Positions 15,025-25,186 of a stretch of DNA of 64,000 nt are shown here, in pieces (positions within the stretch are counted from its first letter, which is position 1; every line of letters begins with the position of its first letter). The stretch spans positions 33,666,001 through 33,730,000 of the forward strand of contig NW_025963890.1 in NCBI RefSeq assembly GCF_023055435.1. The letters run 5' to 3'. The DNA is from Haliotis rufescens. Its lineage: Eukaryota. Below the pieces are notes generated by a model. It was not told the origin of the DNA and searched no databases. It worked only from the letters and a program-made list of their open reading frames with translations. Both the position numbers and the translations under genes were made by a program.

Positions 15025-16630
15025 GGTGCAGACAGACACAGAAAACTTATAAAGACACAAAGGCACAAAGCGAAAAGATGCAGACAGACAAAAACTATTC
15101 ATAGACACACACGGGCATAAAGCGAATAGATACAGACAGATACAAAATAATCATAGACACACACGGGCATAAAGCGAATAGATGCAGACAGGTACAAAAT
15201 AATCAGACACACACGGGCATAAAGCGAATAGATGCAGACAGACACAAACTAATCAGACACAGGCATAAAGCGAATAGATGCAGACAGGTACAAAATAATC
15301 AGACACACGGGCACAAAGCGAATAGATGCAGACAGGTACAAAATAATCAGACACACACGGGCACAAAGCGAATAGATGCAGACAGGTACAAAATAATCAG
15401 ACACACACGGGCACAAAGCGAATAGATGCAGACAGGTACAAAATAATCAGACACAGGCATAAAGCGAATAGATGCAGGCAGACACAAACTAATCAGACAC
15501 AGGCATAAAGCGAATAGATGCAGGCAGACACAAACTAATCAGACACAGGCATAAAGCGAATAGATGCAGGCAGGTACAAAATAATCATAGACACACACAG
15601 GCACATGGCGAATAGATGCAGACAGAAACACAATAATCAGACACACAGGTACAAAGCAAATAGATGCAGACAGACACAAAATAATCATAGCCACATACAG
15701 GCACAAAGCGAATAGATGCAGAAAGAAACAAAATAATCAGACACACACAGGCACAAAGCGAATAGATGCAGACAGGTACAAAATAATCAGACACACACGG
15801 GCACAAAGCGAATAGATGCAGACAGGTACAAAATAATCAGACACACACGGGCACAAAGCGAATAGATGCAGACAGGTACAAAATAATCAGACACACGGGC
15901 ACAAAGCGAATAGATGCAGACAGACACAAACTAATCAGACACAGGCATAAAGCGAATAGATGCAGACAGGTACAAAATAATCAGACACAGGCATAAAGCG
16001 AATAGATGAAGGCAGACACAAACTAATCAGACACAGGCATAAAACGAATAGATGCAGACAGGTACAAAATAATCAGACACACACGGGCACATGGCGAATA
16101 GATGCAGACAGACAGAAAATAATCATAGACACACAGGTACAATGCGAATAGATGCAGGCAGACACAAACTAATCAGACACAGGCATAAAGCGAATAGATG
16201 CAGGCAGACACAAACTAATCATAGACACACACAGGCACATTGCGAATAGATGCAGACAGAAACACAATAATCAGACACACAGGTACAAAGCAAATAGATG
16301 CAGACAGACACAAAATAATCATAGCCACATACAGGCACAAAGCGAATAGATGCAGAAAGAAACAAAATAATCAGACACACACAGGCACAAAGCGAATAGA
16401 TGCAGACAGACAAAATAATCAGACACACAGGTACAAAGCGAATAGCAGACAGACACAAAATAATCATACACAGACACAGGCACAAAACGAATAGATGCAG
16501 ACAGACACAAAATTATCAGACACACAGGTACAAAGCGAATAGATGCAGACAGACAGAAAATAATCATAGACACACAGGTACAATGCGAATAGATGCAGAC
16601 AGACACAAACTAATCATATATACAAACAGG
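15025..16630. repeat. 46-52-bp minisatellite (GCACAAAGCGAATAGATGCAGACAGGTACAAAATAATCAGACACAC..)
   Basis: Direct reading. Unit length varies with the internal (CA)n. Confidence 0.95.
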
Positions 16631-16964
16631 CACATTGCCCCACCCCTCAACACAGGCATGTAGCGCATCGCCCTGAATCTAAAAACTGCTGTCACTATAA
16701 ATTAGGATTTTGACATTGCTGTCGTCAAGGATCAATGGCCCCCAACACAGGCCATATCAGGGTTCAATAGCGGGACTGATCTCCTGGACGGGGGATAATG
16801 TACGTGTAGTGGCCCTAAGGTAAATGGACCGATTTTGCGGCTGTGTGTCACCTGAGTCAGATTACTGTTATCTCGCGTCTCCCCACCTGCATGTGCACCT
16901 GCTAGTTCTCATACAAGAAGTGTGGTATCATATTCTGCAAGGAAACACGGGCTAATATTATGCT

Positions 16965-17488
16965 GTATACTGTGGTCCCCTGTGTGTTGTGAGAAACATA
17001 TACTGTTGTCCCCTGTGTGTTGTCAAATACATACACTGTGGTCCCCAGTGTGTTGTTAAATACATACACTGTGGTCCCCTGTGTGTTGTCAGAAACATAC
17101 ACTGTGGTCCCCTGTGTGTTGTCAGATACATACACTGTAGTCCCCTGTGTGTTGTCAGATACATACACTGTGGTCCCCTGTGTGTTGTCAGATACATACA
17201 CTGTGGTCCCCTGTGTGTTGTCAAACACATACACTGTTGCCGTCTGTGTGTTGTCAAATAGATATACTGTGGTCCTCTATGTGTTGTCAAATACATACAC
17301 TGTGGTCCCCTGTGTGTTGTCAAACACATACACTGTTGTCGTCTGTGTGTTGTCAAACAGATATACTGTGGCCCTCTCTGTGTTATCAGATACATACACT
17401 GTGTTCCTCTGTGTGTTGTCAAATACATACACTGTGGTCGTCTGTGTGTTGTCAGATACATATACTGTGGTCCTCTGTGTGTGGTCAG
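16965..17488. repeat. 33-bp minisatellite (TGTGTGTTGTCAGATACATACACTGTGGTCCCC), left part
   Basis: 11-aa periodicity in the overlapping ORFs. Same unit and orientation as 22375-23030. Confidence 0.95.
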
Positions 17489-17605
17489 GCGTGCGCATCC
17501 AAGATGGCGGCACTTCCGGTTCCGGGAGGGCGTGCGCCTCCAACATGGCGGCTGCGGCGGGAAGGCGGGGGGCGGGGAGGAGGCGGGAGGAGGAAGGAGG
17601 CGGGT
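17488..17605. promoter_or_regulatory. GC-rich cluster of transcription-factor-like sites: two YY1-like (CAAGATGGCGG, CAACATGGCGG), ETS (ACTTCCGG), NRF1-like (GCGTGCGC), GC boxes
   Basis: Direct repeat GGCGTGCGC(A/C)TCCAA(G/C)ATGGCGGC occurs twice. Function inferred. Confidence 0.5.
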
Positions 17606-17669
17606 TCTTTGTTTTGGTTTGGTGGGTAGTGGTGGAGGTGGAGGGTAGTCAAAGCAAGGATGAAAGCGA

Positions 17670-17709
17670 TCTTTCGGGAGAGATGGGTGGCCCTGAAAGG
17701 GCCGTTTGG
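17670..17709 (-). terminator. Replication-dependent histone mRNA 3'-end signal: stem-loop plus HDE
   Basis: Minus strand CCAAAC-GGCCCT-TTC-AGGGCC-ACCCA-tctctccc-GAAAGA. Matches the consensus stem-loop (loop one T short), the ACCCA cleavage site and a purine-rich downstream element. Confidence 0.85.
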
Positions 17710-17811
17710 AGAAGATGAAAAAACAGGAACGGGAACCGGAAACGGGAAACATGAACGGGAACACGAACGGGAAACGGAAACGTCATCCTAGCTTTTTTAG
17801 GGCCGTGGCAC

Positions 17812-18282
17812 TCAGCCACAGTAACAGCATGGTTGCCAACGACCAAAGTAGCTACAGTTGGCGAATGGCGTCTCCTGTGATGATGTCGGCTCTTTAGGCT
17901 CTTCAGGGTGTGGGTGCGGGTGTGTCATGATATGTTTCTTAACACCTCCTGTAGCCGGGGTGCTCTTGACGTGCAGCCTTGAGGATCCGCTGTCGGGGAG
18001 CTTTTTCCTCCTCCTCCTTCTCCGAGGGAGGGTGGCGGAGCGTTCTGACGAGCAGCCTTGAGGATCTTCTTTTCCTGAGGAGGGGATCGGAGTGCTCTAG
18101 TCCTCTGTCGCCGGGAAGGGTGCCTTTTCTTCTCAAGAGGAGGAGGAGGCAGCCGGAGCGCTCTGACGAGCAGCCTTGGGGGTAATGGCGTCGGGGAGCC
18201 TTTTCTCCTCTTCCTTTTCCATAGAATGTTGTAGCCGGGGTGAATCCAGTCCAGAATCCTCCTCCTTCTCCCAGGTGAACAT
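17812..18282 (-). pseudogene. Decayed gene for a histone H3 N-terminal-tail-repeat protein with no histone fold
   Basis: ATG at 18282. Across single-base frameshifts it reads GEKAPRRHYP-KAARQSAPA, KILKAARQNAPP and GGKAPRQRILKAAR(Q)[11 protein letters not shown], versus H3 [28 protein letters not shown]. Ends CCYCG-stop at 17812. Confidence 0.75.
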
Positions 18283-18310
18283 GATGGTGTTGCTTGGACA
18301 GTCCAGTGAA

Positions 18311-18562
18311 AAGTGATGGCAAGAGAACGTCTGTCGTATTTAAAGGCACTGAAACCCTGCTTCCTGATTGGTGGAAAATCCGACCTCATTGGTGAAGAAC
18401 CAGACCTTCTCATTGTTTGGTTTCTGTCCCACACGTCACCCCGTGTGGCACACCCATTGTGTTTCTTTTCCATAGGGTCAGGCTTGTATCATGGGAGAGA
18501 AAGCACAATGGTGTTTCGACCAATTCAGAGGGCCGTCCAGGGCGGGGACAGTCTCTGATTGG
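18311..18562 (-). promoter_or_regulatory. Histone-gene-like promoter: Inr-like CCATCACTT, TATA-like TTTAAATA, several CCAAT boxes, GC box
   Basis: TTTAAATA at 18337-18344, about 30 nt from the Inr. CCAAT at 18367, 18388, 18520 and 18558. GGGCGGGG at 18540. Confidence 0.65.
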
Positions 18563-18764
18563 TCCAAAACCCTAGCGTCTCATTAGTTAGATTTCGATCC
18601 TGTTATTTTAGTCTCTCGGGGTGGTGTATGTCGATCCACTTTCGGTCCGTGGGTTCATGGCTTCATGGCTTCATGGATGGAAGTGAGCAGAGCATGGTAT
18701 GCTCTCCGAACACGTCTGTCTTCAAGATAAATCACCAGCAGCCAACATAGCGTGAGGAACATCA

Positions 18765-21700
18765 TTAGTCTCTGTACCCAAAGGGGAGCGTGTCTACAGG
18801 CAGGCCTGTGGTTGCGTCATAGACAATGTATCGCTTGTCGTAAATGGTGCGGTAGTCTTTTTTGGTGGGTTGGGTCACAAGATCGTTCCCATGCTGATGG
18901 TGGTAATCCACGCTGATTTTCTCCCCCTCCTTCCCAGGCCATTGTCCCTTAAGCAGTCCTTTCATAGTGTCAAAGTTGAGGTGTTGTTGGTTTCTATAAT
19001 TCAAGGTGAACCCTCGCACTTTGCAGGTCGTGCACGTTCAATCGGGTCTTGGGTTCATTAACTCATAGCCATAGTTTTTGGGACCTCCTGACACAAACGT
19101 CTTGATGGTGTTTCCGTTCAGTTCGTCTGTAAAATCACCCAACGAATTGCCCAGCTCTGGATTCCATTCCCCGGGTCGATGAATGTATAAGACGCTGTAC
19201 GTGTCGAAGTACAAGGCCCTGCGACCCAATGGGCTGAGGGTCTTGTACAGCTCGAGACGCCCTTGTGTGGTGACCCAAGCAGCCACAACGTCATTGGAAT
19301 TAGGATGGGGTGTGAGGAATTCTTCCTTGCGGGTATAGGTCACCTTCATAATATGTTCGTTGATGAAGGTGATATCGTCTATGGTATTTTGTTCATCTCT
19401 CAACAGAGCAAAGTACTTGGCAGGATCACTCATATAGACAGACTGACCATAGTCTAAGCGCTGTCCGTACTTGCCCCAGAGCGAATTAAGACAGAGCTTG
19501 GCAATAGAGCGGCGTCCTGGGTTCTTCTTGTTGTGGTCCTTGTTCAGCCGGATGCCTTCTTTCCGATGGATCTCCTTGATGTAGGCATCGTGATTGGTAC
19601 ATCCCTCAGGGTATCCGATGGCTTCGAACTTCATCTTGAAAAAATGGTCGATATAAGGGGCAAAGAGTCCTCCTTCCTGGGTGTCGGGGTCATACTTCTC
19701 AAAGGTGTCGAAATGCCAAGCCTCGTAGATCTAAAGCACTTTGTAGCCATACTTCTTCACGGCTTCATGGAGTTCTGTGGTGGTGTACGTGCCCACCCAG
19801 GCCCTCTCTTCGCCCGTGTGCTCGCAGGACGTCTGTGACCGGGTTTCGGCACATGTGCGGCACAAAGGAGTGAGCAGTTTTCCACCCGATCTGTAGGGCA
19901 GGAGCGGATGGTAGAGGTGTGTCGGGAGTAGGACATGACAATGGATAAGACCTTTCAGATCAAACAACTTCTCCACAGGAGGTTGATGGTAGAGGGTCGG
20001 ATGTCCCGTGGGAAACTCTCTGGTCTTGCAAATGTAGGGATAAAGTGAACAGATATCAATATACTTGATGGTTTCACCTTCTTGGGCCTCGTAGCATAAT
20101 CGGGTGGCATTGGTTCGTCCTCCATGGAAGGCGTCGCGAGGGTTTAGCGGGGCAGGTAGGTTGGTACAGTGGGGTCCCTGCATGAAAGCGAGCAAAGCTG
20201 GGTCTGACAGTTGCTGGGCTTTAAAGTCGCATTCCCACAGGGTGACGATACGCTTCACATCAGGGTGTTGCTTCAAGAGGCCCAGGCGATAGTGGGTGTT
20301 GGTATAACGTGCTCCCATCACTGTGCACAGGACGGCATGAGGTTCTCCACGTTTGGTCTTGCAACAGGAGCAGCACCCATACCAGAAAGAGCCCATGAAT
20401 TCATACATGGTGCCTGTCGCTGGATCATAGCCATTCACCCTGTAATGATGATTACCCTCTCCGGACATGAACATCTTTTCGACCCCATTCTTGGCGTGCT
20501 GGATGTGCAGATTGGGGTCGGTCTCCATGAGATAACATAACCAGTTCATACAGGCCTGGGAATATCTTCTCTCTGGTTAGTAGCCTTAAGGTGGGATAAT
20601 GGCTATAGTTTTGGGTTTCAGAAAGAGTTTTCGGAAGATTTTTTGCGGAGAGCGAAGGGAGTGTCACCAGCTCTACAAAGGGATCCACGCCGCACTCCGT
20701 CATGAAGTCCTACCGGAAGGCATCCACATCTTGCAAGTCAAACAAGGCTCCTTTTTTAACTTTCTTCGTACGCCACTTGAGGAAGGCGATGCGTTCCGTG
20801 GGAGACATGCCATCGTGATCGTACATGACGGCTGGTGGATAGGAACCGCTGTAGGTCTGGTTGGCCTGTGTATTGAACAAGTGAGGAAAATTCAGTTCAT
20901 TCAGTTCAAAGGTCTCTGGAAATGTTTTCAGCGGCCAGGGCAGGAAATTCAAACTAACCTTGAAACACAAGCGTCCCACGGTCGTCTGTAAAATCTGTAG
21001 CCCTCTCCAAATCTCGGCTGGGGGGTTTCACCAGATGCGGGAGCATGCCCTTCATGATCAAGTGCAGATCATACCCCCGCGCGTTATGAGCAATCGCATA
21101 AATTACGTCATCCTTCTCAGGCGGCTGGACGGGGGTGTTTTTCGCCTCCTTCGTCTCCTCCTCCTCAAACAGGGGTGAGCGCGTCCATCTCCATGGCATC
21201 CTCCCCCTCCTCCTTGGATGGTTGACGTCGCAGACGCTTTGTAGGGGGCTTGCTTGAGAGGGTTCTGTCATGTTTTCTTTTGCCTAGGTGTGCTGCTGCC
21301 CCCTTTTGTGCGTCCTCCTCTTGGTTCCTCTTCTTGGGTTTTTCAGACAGGGTCATCAACCATGCACACACATCGTCTAGTGTGGTGGGGCCTTGAAACA
21401 CTTTCTCACGGCTGGGACCATAACCTATTCTCTCCATGGACAGTCTTTGCACAACTCCTTTGTCGCTTGACCGATGCACTGTCCACATCCTAAACGCACC
21501 ACGCACAAATTCGGGATGTGCAGCCCCGTCTCTTGCGTACATTCAAAATTATAGTAGAGGAATTTGACGTTGTCTCGTCGGACTTGGTTTTAGCATCCCT
21601 CCTCCTCCGCATCATTGGCTTCATGGAGGGGAGTGACGTAGCATCGATGGTCTGGGGACACGGGTTCTCGACACACTAAGCATGGAAGTCGCTCATCTTG

Positions 21701-22370
21701 GATGTCTCCATGACGCGTACAAGCTGAAAACAGGTTGGGCACTTGTGAATCGATTGACAGGCGCTGGGTCCTCCCTCTGACGGTTGACTGGAGATGTCGG
21801 ATGTAACAGCGTTGATTTCGGAACCATCCTTGACATGCCAAGCAAGACATCCCATGATCTTCCTGGGGTCCGCAAGGGGTGGGGTGGAGTGGAGGCAGCG
21901 GTGGCAGCGATGGCAACGATATTGCTTGCAGCAGGGGTGTTTTTCGTGATGATCATAACCGTGGTCGCAGAATTCGCAGTAATGGTAAGACCCATCAAAG
22001 GCTGCCATGGAAGTGATCACATCGAAGTGGTCACGATGATGGTATAAATGCAGCACGGTGGCGTCGGGTGGTGCCTCATCACACTTGTACAACAGTCTGT
22101 TGAACACATCTTGACTGTAGACTTTCAGTTGATAGTTCATTTGGGCCAGGGCACGTCCCACGCGTTCTAGGTCGTCCAGGCCCTGACAGCGACCTTCAGA
22201 AATGCAAAAGCGCCGAAACAATGCCCGTACCTGTTTGCCTTGAACGTTGACTCCATCCGTTCTCGTCAGTCTCTTTCTTCGACAGTGCCATTCTGGGAGG
22301 GTTTGGCTTCTGGGCATAATGCAGTGCCACCACAATGGCCCTTGCCAAACAGGATTGATCTTCGTTCTTG
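18765..22370 (-). pseudogene. Protein-primed family B DNA polymerase (pPolB), frameshifted and 5'-truncated
   Basis: In order: LYHHRDHFDVITSM..YCEFC Cys-rich N-terminal region, ExoI YYNFEC, ExoII AHNARGYD, Vsr-like insert HIQHAKNG..YEFMGSFWYGC, motif A YIDICSLYP, motif B KLCLNSLWGKYGQ, motif C LYFDTYS, GPKNYGY, YDKR..TLPFGY. Confidence 0.95.
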
Positions 22371-22374
22371 ATCT

Positions 22375-23030
22375 GTACTGTGGTCCTCTGGGTGTTGTCA
22401 AATACATGAACTGTAGTCCCCCGTGTGTTGTCAAATACATGTACTGTAGTCCCCGTGTGTTGTCAAATACATGTACTGTAGTCCCCCGTGTGTTGTCAAA
22501 TACATATACTGTGGTCATCTGTGTGTTGTCAGATACATATACTGTGGTCATCTGTGTGTTGTCAGATAGGTATAGTGTGGTCTTCTGTGTGTTGTCAGAT
22601 AGGTATAGTGTTGTCCCCCGTGTGTTGTCAAATACATATACTGTGGTCATCTGTGTGTTGTCAGAAACATATACTGTGGTCATCTGTGTGTTGTCAGATA
22701 CATATACTGTGGTCATCTGTGTGTTGTCAGATAGGTATAGTGTTGTCCTCTGTGTGTTGTCAAATACATACACTGTGGTCGTCTGGATGTTGTCAGATAG
22801 GTATAGTGCGGTCCTCTGTGTGTTGTCAGATAGGTATAGTGCGGTCTTCTGTGTGTTGTCAGATAGGTATAGTGTGGTCTTCTGTGTGTTGTCAGATAGG
22901 TATAGTGTAGTCTTCTGTGTGTTGTCAGATAGGTATAGTATTGTCCTCTGTGTGTTGTCAGATAGGTATTCTGTGGTCGTCTGTGTTGTCAGATACATAC
23001 ACTCTGGTCCTCTATGTGTTGTCAGATATG
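22375..23030. repeat. 33-bp minisatellite, right part
   Basis: Same unit as 16965-17488. Confidence 0.95.
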
Positions 23031-23167
23031 TGTTTTCTAGACATGATAATCAAGTTGGGAAATTTGCAGGTTCAACAATGTTTTCAGTCAACTGTATCTA
23101 AATGTGCGTGAAATCATTGGTATACGTGTATTTCATTGGAAAATACATTATTAACCGTGTACTTAAT

Positions 23168-23368
23168 GCTTGTCGTAAGAGGCGACTTACGGGATCGAGT
23201 GGTCAGGCTCGCTGACTAGGTTGATTCATGTCATCGATCTCAAATGTGTGGATCGATGCTCATGATGTCAATCACTGGAGTGTCTGGTCCAGACCCGATT
23301 ACTTACAGACCGCCGTCATATAGCTGGAATATTGCCGAGTGCGTCGTTAAACAACAAACAAACAAACT
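23168..23368 (+). mobile_element. 5'-truncated Nin-domain-type SINE with (CAAA)n tail
   Basis: TGCTTGTCGTAAGAGGCGACT core. Homologous copies at 28873, 4722 and about 37050. Confidence 0.75.
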
Positions 23369-23593
23369 AATATGGACAATGCATTATTACATGTGTACTT
23401 AATATGGAAAAATATACACTGAACAACAAAAGTTCCTATGACATTGAATAAGATTTAATGCAAAGCTACGTTTTTTACCAAATCTGAAGCAATTTCGGTT
23501 TGCAACATATAAAAGACTTGCCATACTGACTTCAGAAAATGCGTGATTTCATTAAAAAAACAACATGAACATGCCAAAATGTAAATTTACAAA

Positions 23594-24798
23594 TCAATAG
23601 CGTGTGTGTCAACCACTGGTTGCGATGCAAGCAACACATCTTCGTCTCATGGAATGGACCAGGCGTCGCACAAAGTCCTGTGGGATACCTGTCCATATCT
23701 ACTGGAGCTTGTTTCGAAGTTCCTGGAGTGTCTGTGGAACACGTGGTTGACGTCGAAGGAGCCGATCCATCTCATCCCCCATGTGCTCGATTGGTGAGAG
23801 ATCAGGAGAGCTAGTCGGCCAGGGGATGACATTCACGTTGTTTTGTTGAAGAGTGTCCTGAACAAGTCGAGGAATATGAGGCCGGGCATTGTCATGTTGA
23901 AAGGTAATGCCTGGGCCATGACGACGCAAAAACGGTAGAGTGAGTGAGTGAGTGAGTGAGTGAGTATGGTTTTACGCCGCTTTTAGCAATATTCCAGCAA
24001 TATCACGGCGGGGGACACCAGAAATGGGCTTCACACATTGTACCCATGTCGGGAATCGAACCCGGGTCTTCTGCGTGACGAGCGAACGCTTTAACCACTA
24101 GGCTACCCGACCGCCCCCAAAAACGGTAGAACAACAGGGCCGATGATTTCGTCGCGGTAGCGCTGTCCATTGAGATTTCCCTCTACCACTATCAAACGGG
24201 CCTTCTGTCTTGCTGTAATCCCGCCCCATACCATAACGCTGCCGCCCCCGAACCGATCTTCTTCCATGACACAATGATTGACGTAACGTTCACCTCGACG
24301 TCGGTACACTCGAATCCGTCCATCGCTGTGGCTGAGGTGAAAACGAGACTTGTCAGTGAATAGAACTTGTCCCCACTGCATGACCGTCCAGCGTAGACGC
24401 TGTCTGCACCACTGTAGACGTGCTTGACGGTGGTTTCCTGTCAAAATGGGACGTCTGGCGGGTCTTCTGGCGACAATCCCTGCACATCTGAGGCGACGAC
24501 GTACGGTTTGTGAAGATATTCGTCGATGGCCAGGGATGCGTCTTGCAGTCACTGTTGCTGGCTGGAATCGATTTCGTAGGTGTGTTGTTCGAATCCAGTT
24601 GTCTTGTCGATTATTGGTTACGCGTGGCCTGCCACTCCTAGGATGGTCTCTGACTGCATTCGTCTGTTGCCAACGTTGTTATAAACACCAAATGGTGTTT
24701 CTGTGGACGTAAAATTGTCTTGCAACATCACGTTGACTCGATCCTGCTTCAAGCATACCAATGACTCGTAGACGCTCATTTTCTGACAGGCGTGGCAT
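23594..24798 (-). pseudogene. Tc1-like transposase with stops, frameshifts and a SINE insertion
   Basis: MPRLSENERLRVIGML start, VLFTDKSRF, GGGSVMVWGGI, FQHDNARPH, WPTSSPDLSPIEH. Confidence 0.93.
23940..24117 (-). mobile_element. Full-length tRNA-derived SINE with (ACTC)n tail, inserted in the Tc1 transposase
   Basis: A box TAGCCTAGTGG and B box GGTTCGATTCC. Perfect 13-bp TSD CAAAAACGGTAGA at 23927 and 24118. Confidence 0.95.
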
Positions 24799-25186
24799 TT
24801 CGTAATGTTGAATAATTGCGTAATTTTGTTGTTTTTCGGAGTGGTTGTTGTCAGCACGATGCTAAGCAATGCATATCATGGTATGGAATCCCGTTAACGC
24901 ACATGTTTTTCTACATATTCTTGGGTAGTGAAATGCATGGGGCTTGCATAAAAGTCAACTTTTTCATGGAATGCATGCTTTTCTGTAGAAGTTGCGTTTT
25001 TGTGACTTGATTCCATACATGTACTACAACATTGAAAAACAAACTTTACTTGTTTGAAAAATACACTAAAATATTGGTGTCACAGGAACTTTTGTTGTTG
25101 AGTACACGATTACACTCGTACTGAATATGGATAATACATTACAACATGTGTACTGGATATGGACAATACTCGATTCCGTTAAACGG

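Larger units (their letters stand above)
17489..22374 (-). mobile_element. Fragment of a Polinton/adintovirus-type element: pPolB pseudogene plus histone-tail gene
   Basis: GC-rich, intronless block with sharp boundaries to the 33-bp arrays, carrying pPolB motifs. No integrase, capsid or terminal repeat is visible. Confidence 0.85.
23417..25104 (-). mobile_element. Tc1/mariner DNA transposon (DD34E), defective
   Basis: About 27-bp imperfect TIRs (CACTGAACAACAAAAGTTCCTATGACA / TGTCACAGGAACTTTTGTTGTTGAGTA), with TA at the left flank. Confidence 0.93.

Noticed and set aside
17789-17806. Second histone stem-loop-like string on the plus strand (AGCTTTTTTAGGGCC)
   Set aside because: Poor stem pairing, no ACCCA or HDE, and no upstream plus-strand gene.
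17812-18282. Ordinary histone H3 gene
   Set aside because: No ARTKQTARKS start and no histone fold (YRPGTVALREI..) in any frame; the tail motifs are repeated.
22375-22998. Repetitive N-terminus (YLSDNTQKTTL)n of ORF 21676-22998 as part of pPolB
   Set aside because: It is the 33-bp minisatellite, in frame by chance.
24040-24117. tRNA gene (also 36780-36881)
   Set aside because: tRNA-like heads are followed by a SINE body and (ACTC)n tail and flanked by TSDs.
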